From the NCBI GenBank assembly GCA_963806225.1, contig CAWDXG010000001.1:1152001-1216000 (forward strand): 64,000 bases of DNA, written 5' to 3'. Position numbers and translations under genes: made by a program. Shown in pieces: positions 41,271 to 53,242 of this stretch (positions are counted from its first letter, which is position 1; the number at the start of each line of letters is the position of its first letter). This DNA is from an uncultured delta proteobacterium (GTDB taxonomy: Bacteria > Myxococcota_A > Polyangia > Polyangiales > Polyangiaceae). Under the pieces are notes generated by a model. The model was given only the letters and a program-made list of their open reading frames with translations. It did not search any database and had not been told where the DNA came from.

Positions 41271-41945
41271 GCTTCCACGGATTCCTGGTCTCGACTCGCG
41301 CGCGCTACATCTCCGGACAAGGGTTGGACGTGTGGAAGTGTGGGACGACGGCGTGGTAGTCTGTCGCCACGCGCGGGGACTGGGGTCGGCTGTTGGTACT
41401 GTCGTTCGCATGCATCCCGGCGTGCGGAAGCTCGGACAATCCGAGCGGAGGATCTGGCGGGAGCGCGGGAGTTGGTGGGGGCGCGGCTGGTAGCGGTGGT
41501 TTCGCAACAGGCGGCAGCGCAGGCAGCGCCGGTTCCAGCACACGGCCATGATCGTCGACTGGCGTGATAGCGCACCCGCCTGCACGCCGCCTGGTCCGTG
41601 AGTGTGTGGTGCGCGCCGGGATCGGCGACTTGTGCTGGATGCCGGTCCGCCGCGGAACCGCGCAGGCCGTCGGTAGCCTGGTCTCAGCGGCGCGTCGCGG
41701 GAAGAGCGCGCGATTCGATGCAGATGTTCCTCACCGAGCACGATGACGTGGCGGGAGGCGCCGAAGGCGCGAGTGCACCCGGAGGGTGAGAGCCCGGCCC
41801 GGAACGAGCGCGGGAGCGCGAAGTCGGTGGAGGCGCCGGGAATCGAATTGTGAAGGACAGCAACCTGCAACATGGTGATGTCGCTCGCCTTTTCGTCCAA
41901 CCGTTTGCTATCTCGGAGCTTCCACGGATTCCTGGTCTCGACTCG
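41271..41945 (+). repeat. 28-bp direct repeat pair (41271..41298 and 41918..41945)
   Basis: GCTTCCACGGATTCCTGGTCTCGACTCG in both places. Confidence 0.85.
41826..41847 (-). other. tmRNA/tRNA-Ala-like 3' end fragment (attachment-site remnant)
   Basis: Minus strand reads TTCGATTCCCGGCGCCTCCACC (T-loop + acceptor 3' strand); rest of the RNA absent. Confidence 0.6.
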
Positions 41946-42084
41946 ATTCAACGCCAGTCAACACGGCTCGACCTGGCTCGTGGAGACATTCTGGAGACGG
42001 GAGTGGTCGCTTCGCTGTGCGACCAGACCCGATCCGGCAGCGGTGCGCGTTCGACTCTAACAGCTCCGGTCGCTCCGCACGGCC

Positions 42085-42250
42085 CTTCTCGGTCGCGGTG
42101 GTATGGGCGAGGTGTACGAGGTGGAACATGCGGTGACGGGCGTCCTCATGGCCGCGAAGGTGCTTCTTCCCGAGTTCGCCAGTGTCGAGCAGCAAGCACG
42201 CCGCCACGTCCCCCGCGTCCAGCGCCCGCCTCGCGGCCCGGACGGTAGCC
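42085..42250 (+). pseudogene. Ser/Thr protein kinase N-terminal remnant
   Basis: LGRGGMGEVYEVEHAVTG...AAKVL. Confidence 0.65.
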
Positions 42251-42295
42251 AGTGCTAGCGAGCCGCGGGAAAGGAAGTCGGCGTAGCATGGCAGC

Positions 42296-42946
42296 GTGTT
42301 TGCGACGCCATTCCCGGACTGGGCTGGGTTCTCGCTCGTGACGACCCACATCCTGGAGCACGAGCAACCCGACGCCACAGAGTTGGCAAGGCTTTCGCCG
42401 CACGCGCTCGCCGCGCGTCGTGAAGCCTTCGCGCTCGGACGCGTGGCCGCCCGCCGGGCGCTGCGGCTGCTGGGGCACCCGGAGGTCCCGATTCTGCCCG
42501 GGCCCGATCGGGCACCTCGGTGGCCACCCGGTTTGCTGGGATCCATCACGCATGCAGCAGGTCTGGCGGCCGCCGTCGTCGCTCCGATCACGTGTACCGG
42601 TGGTGTCGGGCTCGACATCGAGGACATGACGCGCATCCCCGACACGAAGATCGCGAGACTGGTGAGCGATCGCGACGAGCGGCGGTGGATAGGTGGTCGC
42701 ACTGAACGTCTCGTGAGCCTCTTCTCGGCCAAGGAGTCAATTTTCAAGGCGCTCTATCCGCAGCACGGGGCGTACTTCGGGTTCGAAGCCGTGCATCTCG
42801 AGCGACGCCCGTGGGGCTTCGAGGGCACGCTTCGCACAATGCTGGGCGACTGGCCTGCCGGCAGCCGCTGCGCGGTCCGCTCCGAGGAATGCGGCGGGCT
42901 GGTGATGACGAGTGTATGTCTGCCTCCATCTCCGCCACGCAGATGA
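42296..42946 (+). CDS. 4'-phosphopantetheinyl transferase (EntD/Sfp-type)
   Basis: RREAFALGR, PRWPPGLLGSITH, GVGLDIE, FSAKESIFKA. Confidence 0.92.
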   Translation: MFATPFPDWAGFSLVTTHILEHEQPDATELARLSPHALAARREAFALGRVAARRALRLLGHPEVPILPGPDRAPRWPPGLLGSITHAAGLAAAVVAPITCTGGVGLDIEDMTRIPDTKIARLVSDRDERRWIGGRTERLVSLFSAKESIFKALYPQHGAYFGFEAVHLERRPWGFEGTLRTMLGDWPAGSRCAVRSEECGGLVMTSVCLPPSPPRR

Positions 42947-43036
42947 AGTTGTCGTGCGAACCGAACGCCGGGAAGACGCCCTCTGGTGCCTGGGTGCAGC
43001 GCTACGCGGTGCAACGCGATGCCCCAGGGCCGAGCG

Positions 43037-43828
43037 CTAGGGGTAGGTTAGTAGTTCTGGCTCCCGCGCTGGACCCGTGTCCGGTTCCCACAACCACAGC
43101 GCCATGAGCTCTGCACGGCTCCGGACGCCCAGCTTCCGGAAGACCCTGACGATGATTCGGTGAACCGAGCCGCTGGCGAGGCCGAGGGCGCTGGCAATTT
43201 CTCCCTCGGAGCGTCCACTCAGCAACAGTGACGAAACCTGGCGCTCGCGATTCGTGAAGGGCTTGGCCCCCGATAGAACTCCAGTGCCGAGTGCCAACCA
43301 GCGAAGGTACCTTGCCACCGCCCGGAGATCCTCGATTAACGCCTGCTCGTCGGCCACGACGAATTCGTCCTCGGCTCGACCGAGGACGACGTAGACCTCC
43401 GAGCTCTCGCTCGTCGGATACGCACCCACCATGCGATCGCGCTCACCCAGCCCCGCGAGGTCCGCGCCAACCAGCGAGACTGGACAGTCGTCGCCGAGCA
43501 GGGCCCGCACGCGGAGAGTCCGAGGCTTGCCGGGCTCTTCGAGCAGCTTTCTGAGCTGGACGCATTCTGCCAGGTCACGCTCCGTGTACCAGCGCTTGGC
43601 GATCTCGCGCCGGCTCTCCAAGCCTTTCGGGAAGAAGGAGATGACGGGTGACCATCCGAGAGTCGCTTCCTCATGGCGTCGACCCACCGTGATGGTTGCC
43701 GACGACGCGTCGTACGTCTCCATCCACTCGACAAGGAGCGGCTCCGCAATGCGGTCGAGCTTGCCCGGACTGACGGTCGAGAGCAGGCGCAGCAACTGTT
43801 CGCGAGGCATCGGAGGGGATACTACCAT
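43037..43828 (-). CDS. LuxR-family HTH transcriptional regulator
   Basis: FTNRERQV..LLSGRSEGEIASALGLASGSV...VFRKLGVRSRAEL; unassigned N-terminal domain. Confidence 0.85.
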   Translation of the reverse strand: MVVSPPMPREQLLRLLSTVSPGKLDRIAEPLLVEWMETYDASSATITVGRRHEEATLGWSPVISFFPKGLESRREIAKRWYTERDLAECVQLRKLLEEPGKPRTLRVRALLGDDCPVSLVGADLAGLGERDRMVGAYPTSESSEVYVVLGRAEDEFVVADEQALIEDLRAVARYLRWLALGTGVLSGAKPFTNRERQVSSLLLSGRSEGEIASALGLASGSVHRIIVRVFRKLGVRSRAELMALWLWEPDTGPAREPELLTYP

Positions 43829-44053
43829 TTGGTAGTACTGGAGGCCCGTGCCGGGAGCGGGCGGCGGTCGCTGTCGCGTTCGCGCCGCGCTGCCGACGCA
43901 TCCTCGACGAGCCCGCCGATCTTCACTTTCGCACACCGCTCCTGTTCCGCGAGAGTCGAGTGACTACTGTTTCGTAGTATTGGCATGCTGCGATCGGCGG
44001 CGTATTGCTGCTGTATTCTGGCGACCGTGTTGACACTAGCGAAGGCTGCCCGA

Positions 44054-44815
44054 ATGCTCGCAATCGAGCCCCCGGTGGCAGCCAAGGTACTGCACTCGGC
44101 CCTGTTTGGTTGGCGCGACACTGCGACACTGACCGAAGAGGACTTGGAGGAGATCTGGCGATTCTCCAGTCGGTTCTTCGACCGATCGCGAGAAGACTAT
44201 CTGCGAATGATCCGGGCTGCCGACGAGGTGTGCGTGCTGCGTCGAGAGTCGGAAATCGCTGGATTCGCAGCGGTGCGCTACTTCGACGTGCGTGAGGACG
44301 GCCGGACGCATCGGCTCATTCACGGGATTACGATACAGCTCGCACCGGAGCTACGAGGCCACCACTTCTTCTTGCTGGCATCCTTGTCCAGGATCCTGAG
44401 AAGCCGCCTGCGCGCTCCCACCGCCAGCTTCTACGCATTCTGGAGCGCTGGGACACCCGCCACCTACATTCAGGTCTATCGAGCCTGCGCCGAGATCTGG
44501 CCACGCCCGAATGTCGAGACTCCGACGTTCATCGAATCGCTTCTCGAGGCTGCGGTCCGGTCCCTGGGCTACGACGACTGGGCAGCCGCTGACCGCGTCA
44601 TCAAGCGGCAGGGTGCGGTCAAATGGAAGAGTCACGGGCGTGACGCATCCGCCGAGGCCCAGGCGCTCGTCGACTGGTATCGCGAACTCAACCCGGACCA
44701 TGAACACGGTGCCACGCTGTGCTGCATCGTCCCCCTCCACCTGAAGAACACAACGCGAGGCATCCGGCATGCCCTACGGGGAGCGATACGACCTCGCTCG
44801 CGACGGGAGGAATAG
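44054..44815 (+). CDS. GNAT-fold-like protein (possible acyltransferase)
   Basis: EIAGF beta strand, IQLAPELRGHH resembling GNAT motif A; fold assignment is tentative. Confidence 0.5.
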   Translation: MLAIEPPVAAKVLHSALFGWRDTATLTEEDLEEIWRFSSRFFDRSREDYLRMIRAADEVCVLRRESEIAGFAAVRYFDVREDGRTHRLIHGITIQLAPELRGHHFFLLASLSRILRSRLRAPTASFYAFWSAGTPATYIQVYRACAEIWPRPNVETPTFIESLLEAAVRSLGYDDWAAADRVIKRQGAVKWKSHGRDASAEAQALVDWYRELNPDHEHGATLCCIVPLHLKNTTRGIRHALRGAIRPRSRREE

Positions 44816-44820
44816 AACGG

Positions 44821-45606
44821 ATGACCGCGGCGCGCACAGCCGTGAGCCTCCAGATCGGCATCGTTGGCGGAATGGGTCCAGCCGCGGGCTTCGACTTCGC
44901 TCGCCGAATCGTCGAGTTTTCGGGTGCATCGTCGGATCAACAGCACTTCGACGTGACTGTCGTGTCCGCGCCGGGGCTCATCCCGGACCGAACAGATTTC
45001 TTGTTGGGAAGGACCAGTGAAAACCCCGCGTTCGGGATCGTTTGCTGCCTGGAACGACTGGCAGCAAGTGGCGCACAGATCTGCGCGCTCGCCTGCAACA
45101 CCTCTCATGCCCCCGCCATCATCGACGTCGTGTACGAGCAGCTGGAGCGACGTGGACTCGGCATCGAGCTTCTGCACATGGTCGACCTGCTCGCACGCAG
45201 GCTCGCGAGCCAGACGAGCCGCGTCGGTGTGATGACCACCGAAGGAGCGTGGCGCGCCCGCGTCTATCACGATGCGTTCGATCGACACGGCATCCAGGTT
45301 CTCGACGGAGGCAGCGCCGTTCGCGCGACCGTCCATCAGGCGATTGACGATCGACAATGGGGGCTCAAGGCGCGCTCGTCACCGGTTCACCCCAGCGCGA
45401 GCGAGCGACTCCACCGGGCGCTGGGAAAGCTGGCCGATTTGTCCGTCGGCACGGTGGTCCTCGGCTGCACCGAGCTGCCACTCGCGCTTCCGGAATCGCA
45501 CCTGTTCGGAGTCGAGCTCGTCAACCCCGCCGCGCTTCTCGCGGAGGAGCTCGTGCTGCGTGCGACCCATCGTCCACAGGTCCAGTCGATAGCGTCCGAG
45601 CTCTAG
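44821..45606 (+). CDS. Aspartate/glutamate racemase family amino-acid racemase
   Basis: IGIVGGMGP, IPDRT, ACNTSH and LGCTELP (two catalytic Cys). Confidence 0.9.
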   Translation: MTAARTAVSLQIGIVGGMGPAAGFDFARRIVEFSGASSDQQHFDVTVVSAPGLIPDRTDFLLGRTSENPAFGIVCCLERLAASGAQICALACNTSHAPAIIDVVYEQLERRGLGIELLHMVDLLARRLASQTSRVGVMTTEGAWRARVYHDAFDRHGIQVLDGGSAVRATVHQAIDDRQWGLKARSSPVHPSASERLHRALGKLADLSVGTVVLGCTELPLALPESHLFGVELVNPAALLAEELVLRATHRPQVQSIASEL

Positions 45607-45639
45607 CGAGCAGCCCGGCAGACGCCCCGCGTTCCTACC

Positions 45640-47307
45640 GTGCCCCAGGTCCAGTCGTACACCCAATCCGACCCGCTTCCCGCTGTCGGCGCGTGGCGCG
45701 CAGGTGAGACCGCGCCGGCCTTCGACCCGGCCTCGTTGCTGGCGGCGATCCACAGCGTGCGGTCGCCGCTGCACGTCGTGCGCGAGTCGCCGCAAGGTCG
45801 CGTCGGCGTCGGCGTAGGCGGTGAGGTCGAACCGCTACGATTGTCCGACGGCAGACCGGCGTATCCACTGCTAGCCACGCTGCCCGCGCTCTACCCGGAG
45901 TGGCTCGGCGATCGCGGCTTCGGCGAGACTCACGGCGTCCGCTTCCCCTACGTGGCCGGCGCGATGGCGAACGGCATCGCCACGACCGAGCTGGTGATCC
46001 GAGGTGGCGCACGCGGCATGCTCGGCTTCTTCGGCGCGGCCGGCCTCGGCTACCCCCAGGTGGAGCAGGCCCTCGACGCGGCTCGAGCCGCGCTCGGCGG
46101 CGCCCGTCTCGCGCTGGGGCGATGAACCTGATCCACTCCCCGAACGAGCCCGCGCTCGAAGACGCGGTGGCCGACCTGTAGTGCGTCACGCGGCGTGCGG
46201 CGGGTGTCCGCCGTCGGCCTACATGGCGCTGACCCCGGCCATCGTGCGCTACGCGGCGAGCGGGCTCGCGAACCGACGCTGACCGGTCGCATCGCAGCGG
46301 CACACCACGTGTTCGCCAAGATCTCCCGGCCCGAGGTGGCCGGCACTTCATGTCCCCGGCGCCCGCCGCGATCCTCGACGCGCTCGTCTCGCAAGGCAGC
46401 TGACCGCCGAGCGAGGCCGCAGCTGGCCCGACACGTGCCGGTCGCCGAGGACATCACCGTCGAGGCCGACTCGCGGCGGCCACACCGACAACCGGCCGCT
46501 GGCCGCCCTGTTCCCGGTCATCGCCGGCTGCGCGACGCGATCGCCGCAGCAGCACGGCTACGCCCGGCCGATCCGCGTCGGCGCCGCCGGCGGCCTCGGC
46601 ACGCCCGCGGCGGTCGCCGCCGCCTTCGCGCTCGGCGCCTCCTACGTGCTGACCGGCTCGGTGAACCAGAGCGCCGTCGAGTCCGGCCTGTCCGACGACG
46701 GCAGCGCGATGCTGGCGCAGGCCGGCCATCGCCGACGTCGCCATGGCGCCGGCGGCCGACATGTTCGAGCATGGGCGTCAAGGTCCAGGTGCTCAAGCGC
46801 GGCACCATGTTCGGCCCGCGGGCGCACCGGCTCTACGAGCTCTACCGCGCCTTCGCGGCCTCGACGCGATCCCCGGCGGCCGAGCGCGCCAAGCTCGAGA
46901 AGGAGATGCTCGGCGCCGCCGCTGCGACGAGGTCTGGGCGCGCAACCCAGCGCCTTCTGGCGACGAGCGCGATCCGGCGCAGGTCGAGCGCGCCGACGCG
47001 CGACCCCAAGCACAAGATGGCGCTGGTGTTCCGCTGGTACCTCGGGCTGTCGAGCCAGTGGGCGATCACGGGCGAGGCGACGCGCCGGCTCGACTACCAG
47101 ATCTGGTGCGGCCCCGCGATGGGCGCCTTCAACGACTGGGTGCGAGGGCTCGTTCCTCGAGCCGCCCGAGAACCGCACGCGTCGCGCAGATCGCGCGCAA
47201 TCTGATGGAGGGCGCCGCCGTCGATCACGCGCGCCCAGCAGCTGCGCACCTACGGCGTCGCCGTGCCCGCGGCCGCCTTCGACTTTCGGCCGCGCCCGCT
47301 TGCCTAG
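45640..47307 (+). CDS. pfa1: PfaD/Pfa1-type enoyl reductase (many frameshifts)
   Basis: YPEWLGD, YVAGAMANGI, NLIHSPNE, AKISRPEVA, EADS, VQVLKRGTMF, DYQIWCGPAMG. Confidence 0.88.
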
Positions 47308-47340
47308 CCGACTCGACGAGAACATGTCAGGAGCCCGTCG

Positions 47341-50300
47341 ATGACGCCATTACCAACCAGCCGCCCATCGCGATCGTCGGCGTCAGCGCCCTGTTCCCGG
47401 GCTCGCTCGACACCACGGGCTTCTGGCGGGACATCCTCGCGGCGACCGACCACATCACCGACGTGCCGCCGAGCCACTGGCTGATCGAGGACTACTACGA
47501 CCCCGACCCGTCGGCGCCGGACAAGACCTACGCCAAGCGCGGCGGCTTCCTCGACCCGGTCGACTTCGACCCGATGGCGTTCGGCGTGCCGCCGAGCGTC
47601 GTGCCGACCACCGACACCGCCCAGCTGCTCGCGCTGATCGTCGCCCAGCAGGTGCTCGAGGACGCCGCCGCGGCCAGTTCCGCGACGATCGACCGCGAGC
47701 GGATCAGCGTGATCCTCGGCGTCGCCTCGGCGCAGGAGCTGGTCGGCGCGATGGGCAGCCGCGCTGCAGCGCCCGGTCTGGGTCAAGGCGCTGCGCGAGC
47801 CGGGCCTGCCCGAGGGCCAGGTCCAGGAGGCCTGCGACCGGATCGCCGACCACTACATGCCGTGGCGGGAGAGCACGTTCCCCGGCCTGCTCGGCAACGT
47901 GGTCGCCGGCCGCATCGCCAACCGGCTCGACCTCGGCGGCACCAACTGCGTCACCGACGCCGCCTGCGCCAGCTCGTTCTCGGCGCTCCAGATGGCGCGT
48001 CAGCGAGCTGACGCTCGGCGATCCGACCTGGTGATCACCGGCGGCGTCGACACGCTGAACGACATCTTCATGTACATGTGCTTCAGCAAGACGCCGGCGC
48101 TCTCGCCGACCGGCGACTGCCGGCCGTTCTCGCGATCGAGGCCGACGGCACGATGATCGGCGAGGGCGTCGGCATGTTCGCGCTGCAGCGGCTCGAGGAC
48201 GCCGAGCGCGACGGCGATCACGATCTACGCGGTGATCCGCGGCATCGGGCTCGTCGTCGGACGGCCGCGGCACGAGCGTCTACGCGCCCGCTGCCGAGGG
48301 CCAGGCGCAAGGCCCTGCGGCGCGCCTACGACGCGGCGGGCTACGGCCCGGAGACCGTCGAGCTGGTCGAGGCGCACGGCACCGGCACCAAGCGCCGGCG
48401 ACGCCGCCGAGTTCGCGGGCCTGCGCAGGTGTTCGACGAGCCGCGGGCGCGAGGGCCGGCAGTGGTGCGCGCTCGGCTCGGTCAAGTCGCAGATCGGCCA
48501 CACCAAGGCGGCCGCCGGCGCGGCCGGGCTGTTCAAGGTCGTGCTGGCGCTGCACCACAAGGTGCTGCCGCCGACGCATCAAGGTCGACCCGCCCAACCC
48601 GAAGCTCGAGATCGGGACGAGCCCGTTCTACCTCAGCACCAAGGCGCGGCCCTGGGTCCGCGAGGCGCGCGCATCCGCGCCGCGCGTCGGTCAGCTCGTT
48701 CGGCTTCGGCGGCTAGCAATTTCCACGTCGCGCTGGAGGAGTACACGCGGCCCGGCCGCCGGCCTACGGCTGCGACGCGAGCCGACGAGCTGGTCGTGCT
48801 CACTGGCGCCGAAGGCCGCCGCCGGGTCGCGCCGCGGCGTCGCAAGGCGAGCGGCACAGGCAGCGAACGGCATGCTCGCGCTTCCTCGCACGCCGCAGCC
48901 AGCGCTCGTTCGAGCGCGTCGCACGGGCCGCCTCGCCGTCGTCGCCAAGGACGATGCCGATCTCGCGCCGAGGCTCGAGCGGCGGCGGAGCCGTCGACGA
49001 CGGCACGCCTTCGCGACGCCGGACGGGCAGTGCACTTCGGCGTCGGCGCGCCACGAGCGGCGACGTCGCGTTCCTGTTCCCCGGCCAGGGCAGCCAGTAC
49101 GTCGACATGGGAGCCGGCTGTCGCGATGCGCTTCGGGACGAGGCGCGCGCAGTCTGGGACCACGCGGCCGACCTCGACGGTCGGTCGACGAGCCGCTGCA
49201 CGAGGTGGTGTTCCCGCCGCCCGCGTTCGACGACGAGGAGCGCGAACGCGCAGCGCGACGAAGCTCACCGCCACCGAGTGGGCCCAGCCGGCGATCGGCG
49301 CCACCAGCCTGTCGCTACCTGCGCCTGATGCGCGAGCTCGGCGTCGCGCCCGCGGCCGTCGGCGGGCCACAGCTTCGGCGAGGTGATCGCGCTGCACGCG
49401 GCGGGCGTGCTCATCGCGAGGAGGAGGCTCTGCGGGTTGCACGCGGGCGCGGCGAGCTGATGGCACGCGCGGCGACACGAACCGCCGGCGCGATGAGCGC
49501 CGTGAGCATGTCGGCGGAAGATGTCCGCACCAGGCTCGACGAGTGGCGCCTCGATGTGGTCATCGCCAATCACAACGCGCCGACCCAGGTGGTACTCAGT
49601 GGTCGAACCGAAGCCATAGAGATGGCGGAGGAAAAGCTCGCGCAGGAAGGCGTGCAGTTCCGGCGGCTGCCGGTTGCGACGGCGTTCCACTCGAGTGTGG
49701 TGTCGGGTGCCACGGAGGGGTTCGGCGAGTTGCTCCAGCGCGTCGAGCTATCGCCTCCCTCGATTCCGGTCTTCGGCAACAGCCAGGCAGCGCCGTATCC
49801 GGGTGACCCGGAGGCGATCCGTTCTACTCTGGCAAACCAGCTCGCCGCTCCCGTGCGGTTCGTGGAGTCCGTCGAGGCGATGTACACGTCCGGAGTCTGC
49901 ACGTTCGTGGAGGTGGGCCCGGGCTCGGTGCTCGGTGAGCTGATCGAACGGATCCTCGCGGGACGACCGCACCTGGCGGTATCGCTCGACCGCAAAGGCG
50001 CCAACGGGCTGACCAGCCTCAACCGTGCTCTCGCGCGGCTGGTGGCCGCGGGGGTACCGCTCGACCTGGCCCGGCTCTGGCAGACGTTCGCGCCGGTATC
50101 GGACCCGCGGACCGACGAAAGACCCCGGCTGACGCTGAAGCTTACGGGCGCAAACTACGGCAAGCACTACCCGCCTCCCGACGGTGCCAGGGGGTTGCCG
50201 CCGCCGAACCCAGAAACGGCGCCGCCGGCCGGGACGAAGACCGCGACCACGACGACGAAGCAGGAGGCGCAGCGAGCGTCGGTCCAGCAGCCCGCGAGCG

Positions 50301-53242
50301 CTTCCGCAGCACACCGCGAGGTAGCACCAGCACCGGACGCCCCAGCGATGCCACCGCCGCCGCCACCGGTGGCTCCGGGAGCAAGCGGAAACGCGTGGGC
50401 AGGCGCGTACCACGCGATCCAGGCCAAAGCCATCGAGGCGCACACCGCGTACACGCAGGCGATGGCAGCCAGCCACGCCGCCTTTTTGCAGGCGCAGGCC
50501 CGAGCCCTCGAGACTCTGCCCGCCATGGTCAGGCAAGACTCGTTCCACCTGGAAGTCCCTACGACGCCGCAGGCCCCACGGGCGGGCTTCGTCGCGGCCT
50601 CGCCGACGACCTCCGCCGCAGCGCCTGCACCGGAACGACGGACGTCCCCGCCGCCCCCCGAGACCAGCACGCCGGACGAGTCCGACCTGACCCAGCTCCT
50701 GCTCGAGGTGGTCGCCGAGAAGACCGGATACCCCATCGACATGCTCGACCTCGGCATGGACATCGCTGGCGACCTCGGCGTCGACTCGATCAAGCGTGTC
50801 GAGATCCTCGCCGCCGTGCAGGACCGCGTCGCGGACCTGCCCGAGATGGATCCGCCGAGCTCGGCAAGCTCCGTACGCTGCAGGAAATCGTCGACCGCAT
50901 GAACGCGGGCGGATCGGCCGCCAACGCGGAGTCCGCCGGCGTGACCCCGCCAGCCACGCGCTGGGCTCTCCACCTCGAGCCAGCCGCAGCCACGGGCTTC
51001 GCGCTCGCCGGGCTCGGCGAAGCCCGGTCGAATCGCCGTGGTCGACGGCGGCTCGGGTATCGGCGCGGCGCTGGCCGAGCGGCTCGCCAACCGCAACGTC
51101 GCCGCCCGCGCAGCCGCGCCCGACGAAAGCTGCGACGGTGTGATATTCCTCGGCGGCCTCGCCGAGCTCGACAGCGTCGACCACGCCCTCCGCATCCAAC
51201 GCGACGCGTTCGCCGCGGCACGCACAATCGCGGCCCGACCCAGCGTGTTCGTGACCGTACAGGACACGGGCGGAGACTTCGGGATGCGCGGAGCCGGCGA
51301 GCGGGCCTGGCTCGGGGGCCTGCCCGGCCTCGCGAAGACCGCTTCGCAGGAGTGGCCCGAAGCCGGGGTTCGCGCGCTCGATGTCGAGCGGGGTGGGCGC
51401 GATGTCGACGCCATCGCCGATGCCATTGCCTTCGAGCTATTGCACGGCGGCTCCCGCGCTGCGGACGGCGGCATCGAGATTGGCCTACGTGCCGACGGCT
51501 CGCGCCACACAACGGCAAGCGTCCCGGCGCCGGTCACGCACGGCACGGCGCGAGTCGACGACCGGTCGATCCTGGTCGCCTCCGGCGGTGCGCGCGGGGT
51601 CACCGCGGCCGCGCTCATTGCTCTCGCCGAGGCCACGCGGGCTCGCTTCGTCCTGCTCGGTCGTACACCGCTCGAAGACGAGCCCCCGGCGTGCGCCGAC
51701 GCCCAGGACGACGCATCTGTGAAGCAGGCGCTGCTCGACGCCTCGCGGGCCGAAGGCGCAACGCTCTCGCCTGCCGAGCTTGGCGCCCGCGCCGCGCGCA
51801 TCCTGGCCGCTCGCGAAGCGAGACGCACGGTCACGGCCATCGAGCGCGCTGGAGGCCAGGCGCGATACATCGCAGCGGACGTTTGCGACGGTGACGCCGT
51901 CGGCGCTGCGCTCGCCGAGGTGCGTCGGGCGTGGGGCCCCATCACGGGCATCGTGCACGGGGCCGGAGTGCTGGCCGACAAACGGATCGCGGACAAGACC
52001 CCAGCGGACTTCGACCGCGTTTTCAACGTCAAGGTGCGAGGCCTGCAGACTCTGCTCGATGCGACGGCCAACGACCCCATCACGACCTTGATCGCGTTCT
52101 CCTCGGTTGCTGCTCGCCGCGGCAACACGGGCCAGTGCGACTACGCGATGGCGAACGAAACGCTCAACAAGGTCCTTTCCGCGGAGGCTGCTCGCCGGCC
52201 TGGTGTGTTCGCGCGCAGCCTGGGCTGGGGGCCCTGGGCTGGCGGCATGGTGACCCCCGCGCTGCGCGTACACTTCGCCAGACTCGGGGTTTCGTTGATT
52301 CCCGTGGAGGACGGCGCACGCATGTTCGTCGACGAGCTGACCGACCCGGGCACCGATGTCGAGCTGGTGCTGGGCCAGGAGCCGCGCCCCGGAGGACTCG
52401 CGGGTCGCGAGAGCGCCCCGGACCTCGAGCGCGCTCATTCCCTCGTCATCGACCGTGCGTCGTTCCCTGCGATCGCCGACCACGTCGTCAAGGGCAAGCC
52501 CGTGTTGCCCCTCGCTCTCGTGCTCGAGATCTTCGCGCGCGCCGTTGAAGCCACGCGGCCAGACCTCGTGTTCCACGCCTGCGAACACGTGCAGGTGCTG
52601 CGCGGCGTGCCCCTCGACGGCTACGACGGCCCCGGTGACTGGTTCACGGTTCGCGTCAGGCCGCAGTCGAACGGCGACCGCGCGATACTCGGCCTCGAGC
52701 TGGTCGATGCCGACGGACAACCGCGCTACTCCGCGCGCGGCGTCGCCATGCCAGAGCCGGCGAGCCCCGGCAAGATGCCGGAGCGCCCGCCGGGCCTCAC
52801 TCCGTTCGACGGCGTCGTGTACGACGGTGTCACGCTGTTCCAGGGGGGCGCCTTCCAGGTCATCGTCGGTGCGCCGGACTTCGGCGACGCGGGCGTCGAG
52901 GCCGTGCTCCAGGGGGCGGCAGCGCGCGGTTGGAACGAGGGCGCGTGGCAGACCAATCCGGCGCTTCTCGACGGCGGGCTCCAGCTTGCGAGCCTGTGGA
53001 CTCTTCAAGGAGAGGGCGGCATCGCGCTCCCCACGTCACTGGGCACGTTCCGGCGGTTCTCGCGGGGACTCGCTGTGTCGCCGCTGCGGGCACGACTCGT
53101 CGGCACGACACGCGCCGCTGACCGCAGCCTTTGCAGCATCACGTTCGTCGACGCTTCGGGTGCGGTCTTTGCCGAGCTCCGCGGAGTCGAGATGCACGTT
53201 CTCCCCGGCGCGCGTGCCCGCAGCGCCACGGCGCGAGCCTGA
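47341..53242 (+). CDS. pfa2: PUFA synthase Pfa2/PfaA-type: KS-MAT-ACP(x1)-KR-DH (frameshifted)
   Basis: [83 protein letters not shown]. Confidence 0.88.

Noticed and set aside
41826..41847. Complete tRNA or tmRNA gene
   Set aside because: Only a 22-nt 3' fragment; the 5' side of the T-stem and the rest of the RNA are absent
45900..49500. Programmed ribosomal frameshifting in pfa genes
   Set aside because: Too many irregular indels without slippery sites; sequencing error is more likely
50167..53008. Long antisense ORFs (653 and 507 aa) and similar shadow ORFs elsewhere
   Set aside because: Typical high-GC shadow frames opposite well-supported genes, with no recognisable motifs
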